Positions 1 to 10,086 of a stretch of 64,000 nucleotides of DNA are shown here, piece by piece (the stretch's first letter is position 1; each line of letters opens with the position of its first letter). The notes beneath the pieces are model-generated. The model was not told where the DNA came from. It searched no databases and worked only from the letters and a program-made list of their open reading frames with translations. A program made the translations under genes and the position numbers. The DNA is from Micavibrio sp. UBA6147 (GTDB taxonomy: Bacteria; Pseudomonadota; Alphaproteobacteria; Micavibrionales; UBA1664): NCBI GenBank assembly GCA_002423185.1, contig DIUX01000001.1, forward strand, positions 221,030 to 285,029, in the 5' to 3' direction.

Positions 1-182
1 TCGGCGCAGCCGCCATATCCGTGTTGAATAAACGCCAATCCGGCGGGCTTCGTGCCGGTGGTGCTGTCCTCACGAAAATCAACCACAGCCCGCAGCATAA
101 GGCCGCTGCGGTTCATCAGGGTATGGGATTCGCTTTGCTGGTTGGTGTGCTCGGCAACCACGGGGGGCGGCGACAGTGTCAT
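1..182 (-). CDS. Partial CDS: N-terminal ~60 codons of a gene that continues past the left edge; function unknown
   Basis: An ATG at 182-180 (minus strand) opens a stop-free frame to position 1: MTLSPPPVVAEHTNQQSESHTLMNRSGLMLRAVVDFREDSTTGTKPAGLAFIQHGYGGCA. It begins 6 nt after the stop of the upstream gene. It is absent from the ORF track because it is truncated. Confidence 0.3.
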   Translation of the reverse strand, partial: MTLSPPPVVAEHTNQQSESHTLMNRSGLMLRAVVDFREDSTTGTKPAGLAFIQHGYGGCA

Positions 183-187
183 GGGGC

Positions 188-1396
188 TCACCGTGTTGCT
201 CTTGTCGGCAAGATGGGGGCAGATGACGCCGCAACGATCCGGCTTTGTTGTAAGTCTTGCCCTGCATCCGCCGCATGGAAAACTGAGGCTGTAGAGCGTT
301 GAATGGTGGTCTGGGTCATATCCCGAATATCCTTTATGCCGTTGATACCCGCCGCGTCAAACGCCGCGTCAATCGGCTTCGCGCCTTGACGGCCGAGTAA
401 AACTTCGCTCGCGTGGTGGCGGGTCGCCTGATCTTGCCCCGCCAGCTTATCAAATAATCCTGCCGCGACCAACAGACTCATGGGGCGATAATGCAATCCT
501 TCGATTTGACGGTCTAATTCGGTGCGCAAGGATGATGGAATCTGTGTTTCGCCGCTTCTATGGGCTTTGTTGACGGCCTGTGCCGTATCAAACATTTCGT
601 CCGCCCTTGGGTGTTTTTGCCAGTCTTCGCCAAACCAGTCTTTTATGGCGCTGCTTTGAAACTCTTGGCCTTTTTGAATGTTTTGTTCCGCCTGTTTGGC
701 GATGAGGGCAACAGGGACGTTATAGAGATTCTTGGTCATGGTCGCGGTAAAATGCTGCTCGGCGGCCTGTGCAAGTTCGGGGATCCGCGACAGATGATCA
801 TAAAGGATTGATTGCACGAAATAGGCTTGGGTTTCTTGCATATGCTCGGGGTTGTTGCGATAGGAATGACCGGCTTCATGCCCGTAATCATCGGCGATGG
901 CATGCCCCAATTCATGGGCGAGGTACACAAGGCTGTTCATCGTGCCATCGTATTCAAGCTCGATAATCGCATAGGGTTCGGGGTTTTTTGACCAATCTTC
1001 GGTGGCGCCAGCGGGGCGGCATTGTTGCCCCTGTGTTGAGTCTAGCCGCCGCGTGTCATGCAGGATTTCCGTGGCCTTGGCACCAAGCGCGGGGTCAAAT
1101 TCCTGTAGGGCGGCGATGATAATCTCTTTGCCGCGTTCAAGCGGAATAGGCGCGCCGTCTGTGTGGGGCGCGCTCCCCTCCAAACGCTCAAAGGCGGCTT
1201 CTTGCGTTACATGATGCGCAAAGGCCGCCGGAATGACGGGGCGTGCGGCCTCAACCACCGCATCGACAAGCGCATCGGCAAAGTAATAACCCTTGCTGTC
1301 CTTGTGCGGCGGAAGGGCGGCGGATGCATATTTTCCCGTGACCGGAACGTTCATTAAACCGAGCTGCTGTTTTGTTGCTGTTATGCCTGCCGTCAT
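188..1396 (-). CDS. Zinc metallopeptidase, HExxH type (M3-like fold suspected)
   Basis: 402-aa ORF with LVYLAHELGHAIADDY (HExxH) and a downstream Glu in NPEHMQETQAYF, the spacing typical of thimet/PepF-like M3 enzymes. It is shorter than canonical PepF, so the family assignment is tentative. Confidence 0.6.
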   Translation of the reverse strand: MTAGITATKQQLGLMNVPVTGKYASAALPPHKDSKGYYFADALVDAVVEAARPVIPAAFAHHVTQEAAFERLEGSAPHTDGAPIPLERGKEIIIAALQEFDPALGAKATEILHDTRRLDSTQGQQCRPAGATEDWSKNPEPYAIIELEYDGTMNSLVYLAHELGHAIADDYGHEAGHSYRNNPEHMQETQAYFVQSILYDHLSRIPELAQAAEQHFTATMTKNLYNVPVALIAKQAEQNIQKGQEFQSSAIKDWFGEDWQKHPRADEMFDTAQAVNKAHRSGETQIPSSLRTELDRQIEGLHYRPMSLLVAAGLFDKLAGQDQATRHHASEVLLGRQGAKPIDAAFDAAGINGIKDIRDMTQTTIQRSTASVFHAADAGQDLQQSRIVAASSAPILPTRATR

Positions 1397-1466
1397 TATA
1401 CATTATGAATATAAACAAGAGATAAACCGAGGTGTTAAAACGCCCCGAACAAGTTTTTAGGCAGGC

Positions 1467-1724
1467 TTAGGCGTTGTCTGACTGTGCGGTGGATGGCTTG
1501 GCGGCGTCATTTTTTTCTTTTTGTGCGCGGCAGGCGCAGAGCAGGGCGTACAGGTCTTTGACTTCGTCACTTGCCGCCGTTTTGCAAAAAGCGGGGCAAA
1601 TTCCGTGAAGGATTGCCATCAAGCCGGCCTTTAAACACCGTCCGCCGAATTTAAAGGCGAAGATCAGGTGTTGCAGGTAACTTTCATTGACGCTGTCGAG
1701 ATGGTCTTTACAGGTTTTGATCAT
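1467..1724 (-). CDS. Small conserved hypothetical protein (resembles the DUF6356-type small proteins of alphaproteobacteria, from memory)
   Basis: The internal start MIKTCKDHLDSVNESYLQHLIFAFKFGGRCLKAGLMAILHGICPAF is preceded by GGGGAAG. The longer ORF-track version (to 1844) would run through the rpsD terminator hairpin, so the shorter start is preferred. Confidence 0.45.
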   Translation of the reverse strand: MIKTCKDHLDSVNESYLQHLIFAFKFGGRCLKAGLMAILHGICPAFCKTAASDEVKDLYALLCACRAQKEKNDAAKPSTAQSDNA

Positions 1725-1842
1725 CGTGGCTTCCCCATTATTTTTACGCAGCATAGCATAAAAACAAAGCCACGGAAAAGCCCGCCCAAACCGGTCATGT
1801 AACAACCCGCCAACAAACTCACCAACAAACCCGCTGCACAAC

Positions 1843-1872
1843 AAAAAAGCGCCGCTCGATGGCGGCGCTTTT
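1843..1872 (-). terminator. Rho-independent terminator downstream of rpsD (bidirectional shape)
   Basis: Stem GCGCCGC (1849-1855) / GCGGCGC (1862-1868) with a 6-nt loop. It is flanked by an A-run on the plus strand (a T-run on the minus strand) and TTTT on the other side. Confidence 0.7.
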
Positions 1873-1891
1873 GTATCGGGGAGATCCCAAA

Positions 1892-2512
1892 TTAACGTGA
1901 GTAGAATTCGACCACGAGGTTCGGTTCCATCTGCACGGCATAGGGGACGTCTTCCAAACGCGGTGTGCGAACGAAAGTGCCTTTGATGGCTTTTTCGTCA
2001 ACAGTCACGTATTCCGGCCATTCACGCTCATTGCTGGCGAGGGCGGACAAAACGTTTTGGTGCGTTTTGGATTTTTGTTTGATTTCGATGACATCGCCTT
2101 CTTGAACAATGTAAGAAGGAATGTTGACGCGCTTGCCGTTCACCAAAACGTGGCTGTGGCCGACGATTTGACGGGCGGAGAACACGGTCGGGGCGAATTT
2201 CATGCGGTACACAACCGCGTCCAGACGGCGCTCAAGCAAGCCGATCAGGTTTTGACCCGTATCGCCTTTGAGGCGCATCGCTTCTTTATAGTAGCGGTGG
2301 AATTGTTTTTCGCCGATGTTGCCGTAATAGCCTTTAAGCTTTTGCTTGGCCATTAACTGAATGCCGTAATCTGACAATTTGCCGCGACGTGCGGGGCCGT
2401 GTTGGCCGGGGCCATATTGGCGTTTATTGACGGGAGATTTTGCGCGACCCCACAAGTTGAGGCCGAGGCGGCGGTCAATCTTATGTTTCGACTGTGGGCG
2501 TTTTTCACTCAT
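1892..2512 (-). CDS. rpsD: 30S ribosomal protein S4
   Basis: [39 protein letters not shown]...[42 protein letters not shown] is a classic S4 N-terminus plus S4 RNA-binding domain. The start was moved to the internal Met, giving 206 codons. Confidence 0.95.
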   Translation of the reverse strand: MSEKRPQSKHKIDRRLGLNLWGRAKSPVNKRQYGPGQHGPARRGKLSDYGIQLMAKQKLKGYYGNIGEKQFHRYYKEAMRLKGDTGQNLIGLLERRLDAVVYRMKFAPTVFSARQIVGHSHVLVNGKRVNIPSYIVQEGDVIEIKQKSKTHQNVLSALASNEREWPEYVTVDEKAIKGTFVRTPRLEDVPYAVQMEPNLVVEFYSR

Positions 2513-2766
2513 AACAATGTCCTTTGTTTTATACGAGTTGTTGTATTGTCCCGATAGGTCTTTTGCGAGGCCGGAGCCAATCAAAAGACGTGTTCATAAC
2601 GAACCACATTCTCAGGAATAGGGCGTATTTATACCCATAACCGCCCGCAAGTCAAAGGTTTTTTTGAAAAAACACGGCAAAACAGCCATGAAAAAGCCTC
2701 ACCCATAGGTCGCGGGGAGGGCGCAGGAAAAAACGCGCAAAAACAAAGGCCTCAAACAACCGCGCC

Positions 2767-3936
2767 CTATTCCCGCAAGTCGTTCCAGAATTCTTTGACT
2801 TTGTTGAGGAAGCCAGCGGATTCAGGGCTGTTTTTATCGGGGTCTTTGCCCATGAATTGTTTGAGCAAGTCTTTTTGCTTGCCGTTCAAATTCACCGGTG
2901 TTTCAACGAAAATCTCGATATACATATCGCCCGTGGATGTTGAACGCAAAATGCTCATGCCCTTGCTGCGCAGGCGGAATTGCTGGCCTGTTTGGGTACC
3001 AGCGGGGATTTTGACTTCGGATCGGCCGCCATCAATGGTCGGCACCTCGATTTTGCCACCCAGCGCCGCCGCGCCCATGGACACCGGCACGCGGCAATAC
3101 AGGTTTGCCCCTTCGCGGTTAAAGAATTTATGCGCCTTGATGTTGAGCAAGACATATAAATCGCCCGCGGGGCCGCCCTTCAGGCCGGCTTCGCCTTCGC
3201 CGGCGAGGCGGATGCGGCGTCCGTGTTCAATACCGGCGGGGATGGACACTTTGAGGGTTTTTTCCTTGCGAATACGGCCTTGCCCCGAACAAGTGTCGCA
3301 GGCCTCGCGCACAATCGTTCCGCCGCCGCCGCATGTCGAACATGTGCGCTCGATGGTGAAAAATCCTTGCTGCGCCCGCATCTGTCCGGTGCCGGAACAG
3401 GTGGGGCAGCGCTCCGGCTTCGTTCCGGCCTTCGCGCCCGACCCGTCACAGGTTTCACACCCTTGCCATGTCGGCACGCGAATGGTTTTGTCGACGCCTT
3501 TATAGGCTTCCTCAAGCGTGATATCGAGCGCGTATTGAAGGTCGGAGCCGCGCGTTTGTCCGCTGTAAGCGCCGCCGCTGCGTCCGCCGCTCATCATGTC
3601 GCCGAACATTTCCTCAAAAATATCGGAAAAGCCGCCAAAGCCCCCGAATCCAGCACCGGCGCCCGCGCCGCCGCCCATGCCGCTGGCACCGCGCATTCCG
3701 GCACTGCCGTCAAAGGCCGCCGCGCCGTATCGGTCATAGGCGGCGCGTTTGTCCTTGTCCTTCAACACGTCATAGGCGTGCGAGATTTCCTTGAATTTTT
3801 CTTCGGCTTCGGCGTTGTCTTTGTTTTGGTCGGGATGATATTTCATCGCCATCTTGCGATAGCCTTTTTTGATCTCATCATCCGATGCGCCGCGTTCGAC
3901 GCCGAGCAATCCGTAATAATCTTTGCTGTCTGACAT
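2767..3936 (-). CDS. dnaJ: Molecular chaperone DnaJ (type I Hsp40)
   Basis: J domain with HPD (MKYHPDQN), a Gly/Phe-rich linker, and four CxxCxGxG zinc-finger motifs ([32 protein letters not shown]), followed by the C-terminal substrate-binding domains. Confidence 0.97.
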   Translation of the reverse strand: MSDSKDYYGLLGVERGASDDEIKKGYRKMAMKYHPDQNKDNAEAEEKFKEISHAYDVLKDKDKRAAYDRYGAAAFDGSAGMRGASGMGGGAGAGAGFGGFGGFSDIFEEMFGDMMSGGRSGGAYSGQTRGSDLQYALDITLEEAYKGVDKTIRVPTWQGCETCDGSGAKAGTKPERCPTCSGTGQMRAQQGFFTIERTCSTCGGGGTIVREACDTCSGQGRIRKEKTLKVSIPAGIEHGRRIRLAGEGEAGLKGGPAGDLYVLLNIKAHKFFNREGANLYCRVPVSMGAAALGGKIEVPTIDGGRSEVKIPAGTQTGQQFRLRSKGMSILRSTSTGDMYIEIFVETPVNLNGKQKDLLKQFMGKDPDKNSPESAGFLNKVKEFWNDLRE

Positions 3937-3954
3937 AAATCCGTATCCCGTGTT

Positions 3955-4851
3955 TTATAAAGGGCCGAAATCGGCACCAAAATCAGTGGGTGAGGCGGGG
4001 CTTTCGGCCTTCTCCGACCGCAATGGCCAAAAAATGGTTTCAAGAACATCAAGCGCCGCACCGGCTCTGTGGCGCAAGCCCTGCGTATCGCGGTTTTGGG
4101 GCACAGCTTGGTGTTTGAGGGCGTGAAGATTAATCGCTTGTAGGCGGCCTTTATTGTCGCCTTTGTTGTCGTTTGAGACGCCGCCAAGGCGGGTTGCAAA
4201 GCCCGCAGCATTGCGCGCAGCGACCGCTTCGGTGCTGTGCCGCGCTGTTTTGGTGGCGGCGGAGGCGGTGTTTTTGACGCGCTTTCCGTGGGTTGCGGCC
4301 TGTGCCGCGGCTTGTTTCAAGATGGCAAGTGATTGTAAATCCGCCAAAACACGGTCATACAGGGCGCGTTTTTCGCGGGTTTTGATCCGTTCATAGGCGT
4401 GGGCGATGGCTTGGAAACGGCGTTCTGCGGCTCGTTGGTATTGTTCTTCGTGGCGGTCAGGGTGCCAATGCAGTGCCAGCCGGCGAAACGCCGCGTGAAT
4501 GTCCTTTTGGTCGGCATCGGCGGTAATGCCCAATATTGTGTAAGCGTCCTGTGTCGGTGCCTGTGCGGGGGCGGACGGCGCGTTTTTGCCGTTGCGTGAT
4601 TTGTCGTTGCCGTCGCGGCTCGTCTTGAGGGGCGTTGACTGTGCAGATGAAGGCTCTTCTTGGGTCGATGCCTCTGCGGCGTCCGATACGGCGAGCGTTT
4701 TGCGCAGGGCGCGCAGGACGTGACTCTCCAATACTGCGCTTCCTAACACCTTCGAAGACGGCGTCGCGACCCCCGCCTCAGTTTTTGCGGAGGCTGCGGG
4801 CACGGAAGGGGCTGAATCGCGGTTGCTGTTGTGCTGCGTTTGCGCGGTCAT
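3955..4851 (-). CDS. Additional J-domain protein with low-complexity flanks, located between dnaK and dnaJ
   Basis: Central J domain DAYTILGITADADQKDIHAAFRRLALHWHPDRHEEQYQRAAERRFQAIAHAYERI (HPD present). The N- and C-terminal regions are Ala/Ser/Thr/Lys-rich and look disordered. The stop is 18 nt upstream of the dnaJ start. Confidence 0.8.
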   Translation of the reverse strand: MTAQTQHNSNRDSAPSVPAASAKTEAGVATPSSKVLGSAVLESHVLRALRKTLAVSDAAEASTQEEPSSAQSTPLKTSRDGNDKSRNGKNAPSAPAQAPTQDAYTILGITADADQKDIHAAFRRLALHWHPDRHEEQYQRAAERRFQAIAHAYERIKTREKRALYDRVLADLQSLAILKQAAAQAATHGKRVKNTASAATKTARHSTEAVAARNAAGFATRLGGVSNDNKGDNKGRLQAINLHALKHQAVPQNRDTQGLRHRAGAALDVLETIFWPLRSEKAESPASPTDFGADFGPL

Positions 4852-5000
4852 CGCGTGTTATCCTAAAATCTTCATAAACTACAGTCAAACTCTACAAAAA
4901 ATGGGACTTCGATAAAGATATCCGTTTTTTATTCACAAGGTTGTTCACAGCCTTATACACAGATTTTCAATGGGTTGCGAGGCTAAATATGCTGCAAGGC

Positions 5001-5057
5001 TTTTATAAAATGCGGGCGGGCGGCTTCCTAAAATGAGGGAATGCCGTCCACCCGCAT
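5001..5057 (-). terminator. GC-rich hairpin plus T-run immediately after dnaK (terminator or attenuator between dnaK and the J-domain genes)
   Basis: Plus-strand arms ATGCGGGCGGGCGGC (5010-5024) and GCCGTCCACCCGCAT (5043-5057) pair at 13 of 15 positions. On the minus strand the hairpin is followed by TTTTATAAAA. Confidence 0.55.
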
Positions 5058-5063
5058 GGGGGA

Positions 5064-6998
5064 TTATTTGCCTTTGTCTTGGTCGTCGACTTCGGTGAAT
5101 TCGGCGTCAACGACATCAGGGTCGGCTTTGCTGTCGCCTTTATCTGAAGACGGCGCAGCATCCGCGGGCGCTCCAGCGGCTTCTTCTTGTTCCTTGCGGT
5201 ACGCAAGTTCGCCGAGCTTCATGGACGCCTTCATCAAAACATCGGTTTTTGCCTTGAGGTCGTCCGTGTCGGGGCTTTCTTGCTCCAGCAAGGATTTGAC
5301 ATCGTTTAAGGCCGTGTCGATCTCGCCGCGCTCCTCGGCACCGAGCTTGTCGCCGAATTCGGAAATGGATTTTTCCGTCGCGTTGACAAGGGATTCGGCT
5401 TGGTTGCGGGCTTCAACCGCGGCGCGGCGCTTTTTGTCGCTCTCGGCATTGACTTCGGCATCCTTGACCATTTTTTCGATCTCGGAATCGTCAAGCCCGC
5501 CAGAGGCTTGAATGACGATTTGCTGCTCTTTGTTTGTCGCTTTGTCCTTGGCGGACACGTTGACAATACCGTTCGCATCAATGTCGAATGTTACCTCGAT
5601 CTGAGGAATGCCGCGCGGTGCGGGGGGGATTCCGGTCAGGTCGAATTGGCCGAGCAATTTATTGTCCGCCGCCATTTCGCGCTCGCCTTGCGATACACGG
5701 ATGGTGACGGCATTTTGGCTGTCTTCAGCGGTGGAGAAAACCTGCGTTTTCTTGGTCGGGATGGTGGTGTTGCGTTCAATCAAACGGGTGAACACACCGC
5801 CCAAGGTTTCGATGCCGAGTGACAAGGGGGTCACGTCGAGCAACAAAACATCCTTCACATCGCCTTGCAAGACGCCGCCTTGAATCGCCGCGCCATTGGC
5901 AACGACTTCATCGGGGTTGACGCCTTTGTGCGGCTCTTTGCCAAAGAAGTCTTTGACGGTTTGGATGATTTTCGGCATACGGGTCATCCCGCCGACCAGC
6001 AAGACTTCGTCAATGTCGCTGGCCTTCAGACCGGCGTCTTTGAGCGCCGCTTTACACGGATCAATCGTGCGCTTGACGAGGTCTTCAACAAGGCTTTCGA
6101 GTTTTGCGCGGGTGAGTTTAAGCGTCAAGTGTTTCGCACCCGAAGCATCCGCCGCGATAAAGGGCTGGTTGATTTCGGTTTGCGTGGTGCTGGACAGCTC
6201 GATTTTGGCTTTTTCCGCCGCGTCTTTCAGGCGTTGCAACGCCATTTTGTCGTTGCGAAGCTCAATGCCTGTTTCCTTTTTGAACTCATCGGCAAGGTAA
6301 TCAATGATGCGCGAGTCAAAATCTTCCCCGCCAAGGAACGTGTCGCCATTGGTGGATTTCACTTCGAACACACCGTCACCGATCTCAAGGATGGACACGT
6401 CGAACGTGCCGCCGCCGAGGTCATAAACCGCAATCACGCCGGAGGCTTTTTTATCAAGCCCGTAGGCGAGTGCGGCCGCGGTTGGTTCGTTGATGATCCG
6501 CAGCACTTCAAGACCGGCGATTTTACCGGCGTCTTTGGTGGCTTGGCGCTGGGAGTCATTGAAATAGGCGGGGACGGTAATCACGGCCTTGTCCACGGTT
6601 TCACCGAGGTAGCTCTCCGCCGTTTCTTTCATTTTCTTGAGAACCATCGCGCTGATCTGGCTCGGCGCGAATTTTTCGTCATTCACCGTGACCCAAGCAT
6701 CGCCGTTATCCGCCTTTGAAATGGTAAAGGGGGATTTGGAGGCCATGTCTTTGACGGCCTTGTCCGTAAACGGACGACCGATCAGGCGCTTAATGCCGTA
6801 CAGGGTGTTTTCAGGGTTTGTGACGGCCTGACGCTTCGCCGGTTGACCGACAAGACGCTCACCGTCATTGGTGAAGGCAATCATAGAGGGGGTGGTGCGT
6901 GCGCCCTCGGCGTTTTCGATCACGCGGGGTTTGTCGCCTTCCATAACGGCAACACAGGAATTGGTCGTTCCAAGGTCGATACCTATTACTTTACTCAT
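5064..6998 (-). CDS. dnaK: Molecular chaperone DnaK (Hsp70)
   Basis: [18 protein letters not shown]..., [13 protein letters not shown], and a full Hsp70 nucleotide-binding and substrate-binding domain over 644 aa with an acidic C-terminal tail. AAGGAG Shine-Dalgarno sequence upstream. Confidence 0.98.
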   Translation of the reverse strand: MSKVIGIDLGTTNSCVAVMEGDKPRVIENAEGARTTPSMIAFTNDGERLVGQPAKRQAVTNPENTLYGIKRLIGRPFTDKAVKDMASKSPFTISKADNGDAWVTVNDEKFAPSQISAMVLKKMKETAESYLGETVDKAVITVPAYFNDSQRQATKDAGKIAGLEVLRIINEPTAAALAYGLDKKASGVIAVYDLGGGTFDVSILEIGDGVFEVKSTNGDTFLGGEDFDSRIIDYLADEFKKETGIELRNDKMALQRLKDAAEKAKIELSSTTQTEINQPFIAADASGAKHLTLKLTRAKLESLVEDLVKRTIDPCKAALKDAGLKASDIDEVLLVGGMTRMPKIIQTVKDFFGKEPHKGVNPDEVVANGAAIQGGVLQGDVKDVLLLDVTPLSLGIETLGGVFTRLIERNTTIPTKKTQVFSTAEDSQNAVTIRVSQGEREMAADNKLLGQFDLTGIPPAPRGIPQIEVTFDIDANGIVNVSAKDKATNKEQQIVIQASGGLDDSEIEKMVKDAEVNAESDKKRRAAVEARNQAESLVNATEKSISEFGDKLGAEERGEIDTALNDVKSLLEQESPDTDDLKAKTDVLMKASMKLGELAYRKEQEEAAGAPADAAPSSDKGDSKADPDVVDAEFTEVDDQDKGK

Positions 6999-7314
6999 CT
7001 TTAATCTCCTTTCAGTGGCAAATCAGATGATGGTGCAGCCCAAAATGGCACTGCGGTTTTTAATGAACAGTCGATTCCCAAGCGGTCAAGACAGCATAAG
7101 GAAACAAGCAATAGACCTATCGCATATTCCCCGCTCCGTCAATATCGCGAAGGGGTAAAGATTACGCTGTGATATGCTTTCGCATGTCCTTGAATACGGT
7201 ATGTATCCTTTGGCTATCGTCCGCTTATTTGACCGATTTTGCGAAGCCCTCATCAAAAAAGCAACCCCGCGGATCGTCATCCAGCCTTCGATGTCAACAT
7301 AACCTTTAGATAAG

Positions 7315-7342
7315 AATATATTCCTTTACCCGCAATTGTCAA
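7315..7342 (-). promoter_or_regulatory. Candidate sigma70-like promoter facing dnaK; the -35 lies inside an 8-bp-arm palindrome
   Basis: The minus strand reads TTGACA-N16-TATATT. The -35 is part of the palindrome TTGTCAAA-catt-TTTGACAA (7336-7355). This would give a ~310-nt leader, which is long, so the call is weak. Confidence 0.3.
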
Positions 7343-7381
7343 ACATTTTTGACAAAGGACAAAGAAGGGGAGGCGTGAGCC

Positions 7382-7843
7382 CTATGACGGCAATTCGGCT
7401 TTCTCGGCCTTTAAGATGGCGCCGTCTACGCCAGTGATGACGATTTTCGTGCCGGCGAGCAAGTCTTGGCTGATCTCGATTTTCCATGTCGTGTCGTCAA
7501 CCTTGATTTTGCCGAACCCGTTTTCGGTCGGGGTATCGAGGGTGAAGGTACGCCCGACATAGGCTTCGCCGCGGCGGTTCAACATGGTGTCGTCCGTATG
7601 CATCGGCTGGCCTTTGCGCCATTGCCGCCACCCCAAAAGAGCGAAGATCGACAGGAAAGACCAGATAACAAGCTGCATCTGCGGGCCGAGGTCGACCGCC
7701 AATAAAATAATGCCGACAACAAACGCACCAACCCCGAACCACAGGATGATAAAGCCGGGAATAAAGACCTCCAGAATGAGGAACACGAGGCCGAACGCCC
7801 ACCAGTGCCAGAATTCTGCTTGCTCAAGCCAAGTTTCAATCAT
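7382..7843 (-). CDS. NfeD-family membrane protein (partner of the SPFH protein)
   Basis: Multiple N-terminal TM helices followed by a C-terminal soluble OB-like segment, GKIKVDDTTWKIEISQDLLAGTKIVITGVDGAILKAE. It lies directly downstream of an SPFH gene. Confidence 0.85.
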   Translation of the reverse strand: MIETWLEQAEFWHWWAFGLVFLILEVFIPGFIILWFGVGAFVVGIILLAVDLGPQMQLVIWSFLSIFALLGWRQWRKGQPMHTDDTMLNRRGEAYVGRTFTLDTPTENGFGKIKVDDTTWKIEISQDLLAGTKIVITGVDGAILKAEKAELPS

Positions 7844-7961
7844 GTTGAACGTCCTTTTCGGTTGTCGGTCTTGTCTATTCTATTGGTTTTAGTGAGGGTA
7901 GTAGGGCGTGTGCGGCAAGGCAGGGAATAGCCTATCCCGCGCCACACATACGCCACCTTGT

Positions 7962-8903
7962 TTATTTTTTCGCCTTGGATGCCGCTGCGGCGGCACCTTC
8001 GGTTTTGAAGGCTTCCTTGGCAATCTCGCCGATGCCGCCGATGGCGCCGATGACGCTGGAGGCCTCAAGCGGGATAAACAATGTTTTCTGGTTCGGAGAA
8101 TCAGCGAATTTGCCGAGGGCGCGGACATATTCTTGCGCCACGAAATAGTTGATCGCCTGAACATTGCCGCCGGCAATCGCATTGGACACGGCCTTTGTGG
8201 CTGCGGCTTCGGCGTCGGCAAGGCGTTCGCGGGCTTCGGCGTCGCGGAAGGCGGCTTCCTTGCGGCCTTCGGCCTCCAACACGGCGGCGCGTTTTTCGCC
8301 TTCGGCGCGGGCAATGGCGGCTTGACGCGCGCCTTCGGCCTCAAGGATCACAGCGCGTTTTTCCCGCTCGGCCTTCATCTGGCGTGCCATAGAGTCAACA
8401 AGGTCGCGCGGCGGGCTGATGTCTTTGATCTCGATACGGGTGACTTTGATGCCCCAAGGCGCGGTGGCATCGTCAACAATGCCGAGCAATTTGGCGTTGA
8501 TCTGATCCCGCTCGGACAACAACGAGTCCAAATCCATCGACCCCATCACCGTCCGGATGTTGGTCATGGTGAGGTTGAGGACGGAGCGTTCAAGCTCGCG
8601 CACCTGATAAGCGGCCTTGGCGGCGTCGAGGACTTGGTAGAACACAACCCCGTCAACCCGCACAACGGCGTTGTCCTTGGTGATGACGTCTTGCGAGGCC
8701 ACATCAAGGACGTTTTCCATCATGTTCATCTTGGCGCCGATGCGGTCGATGAAGGGGATGATGAAATGCAGGCCGGGGCGCAATGTCGTGGTGTATCGAC
8801 CAAAGCGTTCAACCGTGTATTCCTGTCCCTGTGACACGGCTTTGACGCCGTTGAAAATGATGACAAATGCGAAAACGACAATAGCGCCGACAAGAATATC
8901 CAT
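7962..8903 (-). CDS. SPFH/band-7 (stomatin/QmcA-like) protein
   Basis: N-terminal TM helix, then SQGQEYTVERFGRYTTTLRPGLHFIIPFIDRI...VITKDNAVVRVDGVVFYQV, followed by an Ala/Glu/Arg-rich coiled coil (AEGARQAAIARAEGEKRAAVLEAEGRKEAA). This is typical of the SPFH family. Confidence 0.9.
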   Translation of the reverse strand: MDILVGAIVVFAFVIIFNGVKAVSQGQEYTVERFGRYTTTLRPGLHFIIPFIDRIGAKMNMMENVLDVASQDVITKDNAVVRVDGVVFYQVLDAAKAAYQVRELERSVLNLTMTNIRTVMGSMDLDSLLSERDQINAKLLGIVDDATAPWGIKVTRIEIKDISPPRDLVDSMARQMKAEREKRAVILEAEGARQAAIARAEGEKRAAVLEAEGRKEAAFRDAEARERLADAEAAATKAVSNAIAGGNVQAINYFVAQEYVRALGKFADSPNQKTLFIPLEASSVIGAIGGIGEIAKEAFKTEGAAAAASKAKK

Positions 8904-9046
8904 AAGGTTGCATCCCTTTTAACGATTAATTTCCACATTAAAATAGCAAGTTTATGAATGGATGGAAAGGGGGCGCATCACACCAAAGGCGTAAATGCTG
9001 TATGAAACGGCACAAAGATGGGGATTCATAGTAAGGGAATTAAGTA

Positions 9047-9985
9047 TTAATCGCGATCATACCGACTGCTGCGGCTTTTTTTCGGGCGTCTGCCGCTGAC
9101 TTGTCCGGCGGTGGCAAGCCCAGCCCCCGCAAGGGAAAGGCCGAGCCAGCCAAGCGCGCCGTATGTCCAGATGTCTTTATAGGTTTCAAACATGCGATGG
9201 CCGAAATTATCAACCTCGACAACTTGATACACCTCGCCGCGTCCTGCGCCATAGTTTTCAGGCGTGATGGCGGCGGCGGCCTGTTGCCACAGGGTTTGTT
9301 GGGCGGCGAGAGTAGGGGCAATCGCGTCCCCCGTGAGGCGGTTGATCGTTCCGCGGCGGGAGTCACGGTAAATCTCGCCGTCTTGCTCAAGATAGGGCAT
9401 GGAAATTCCGCCATAGCTGAAGGTCGCGGGCGCGAACTCGGCGGCTGGAATATTGGGGTGCTGTTCCATCATCGCAAGGGTTTTGGCGTATGTGTCGGCA
9501 ACTTCGGCGGCATATATTTGCGCCAAAACGGGGTTTTCAATCAAATCCCAGCGATGCACGGTGTCGTGGTCACCGTCTTTATCAAGCCGGTAATTAGGAG
9601 GGGTTGTTTGCACGCGGTAGACTTCGTAAGAGCCATTATGCTGGATGAGGGCAATACGGGATTCCAGTTCCTGCGACACGATATACCCTGCGCTTTGGCT
9701 GAAATTCGTGCTGAGAGTCGGGTCAACCTGAACGCTATCGGGGTCAAGCACTGCTGAGGTAATCCCCGCAACGCCGCAAACAGCCACGTTTCCAAGAACG
9801 CCCACCAATAAGCCACCTATGACGAAGGCGCTTTCAAGGTCGTTAATTCCCAATGTGGTGCGGCTGATGGCTTCCTTTGCAAAAATGCCCATCGCGCTTT
9901 TGCCCTCAGGCGTGCGGCCAAGCGCACCGGCCACGCGGCCGCGGACGGTCTTGTATTGCGGTTTGTCGAGGGGGCTGTCTGCCAT
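9047..9985 (-). CDS. Two-TM envelope protein, paralogue family member P1 (function unknown)
   Basis: The start is set at MADSPLDKPQYK by homology with the paralogues. TM1 is FVIGGLLVGVLGNVAVCGVAGI. Conserved blocks are YIVSQELESRIALIQHNGSYEVYRV, WDLIENPVLAQIYA and LWQQAAAAITPENYG. TM2 is ALGWLGLSLAGAGLATAG, followed by a basic tail. It is closest to P7. Confidence 0.8.
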   Translation of the reverse strand: MADSPLDKPQYKTVRGRVAGALGRTPEGKSAMGIFAKEAISRTTLGINDLESAFVIGGLLVGVLGNVAVCGVAGITSAVLDPDSVQVDPTLSTNFSQSAGYIVSQELESRIALIQHNGSYEVYRVQTTPPNYRLDKDGDHDTVHRWDLIENPVLAQIYAAEVADTYAKTLAMMEQHPNIPAAEFAPATFSYGGISMPYLEQDGEIYRDSRRGTINRLTGDAIAPTLAAQQTLWQQAAAAITPENYGAGRGEVYQVVEVDNFGHRMFETYKDIWTYGALGWLGLSLAGAGLATAGQVSGRRPKKSRSSRYDRD

Positions 9986-10041
9986 ATCGTGCCTGTATAA
10001 GCTTTCTTTCATTTATTCGGGGAGTCGATACGCATCCATTG

Positions 10042-10071
10042 AAAAAAGGCGGTTTTTTGGTGCACCGCCTT
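10042..10071 (-). terminator. Rho-independent terminator after the small J-domain gene
   Basis: Stem AAGGCGGT (10046-10053) / ACCGCCTT (10064-10071) with a 10-nt loop. On the minus strand the hairpin is followed by TTTTTT (plus-strand A-run, 10042-10047). Confidence 0.6.
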
Positions 10072-10086
10072 TATCGTTTTTGAGTC

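Noticed and set aside
188-1396. Possible paralogy between the two HExxH proteins at the window edges (188-1396 and 61384-62622).
   Set aside because: Apart from the HExxH tetrad itself, I see no shared blocks. They are treated as unrelated.
2795-3505. Long antisense or overlapping ORFs inside dnaJ. Similar ORFs lie inside dnaK (5865-6719), the alpha-glucosidase (38504-39424), map (40285-40929), the FG-GAP genes (for example 43898-44680, 46857-47546, 48606-49460, 51288-51986, 58119-58823, 59649-60326) and many shorter ones.
   Set aside because: They lie opposite or out of frame to genes with unmistakable conserved motifs. Their translations are Arg/Ala/Gly/Pro-rich low-information strings typical of GC-rich shadow frames, and none has a recognisable motif or sensible start context.
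6999-7381. CIRCE element or sigma32 (RpoH) heat-shock promoter upstream of dnaK.
   Set aside because: There is no TTAGCACTC-N9-GAGTGCTAA, and no CTTG-N17-CYTATNT or CTTGAAA-N13-15-CCCCAT with correct spacing on the minus strand. Only partial matches are present.
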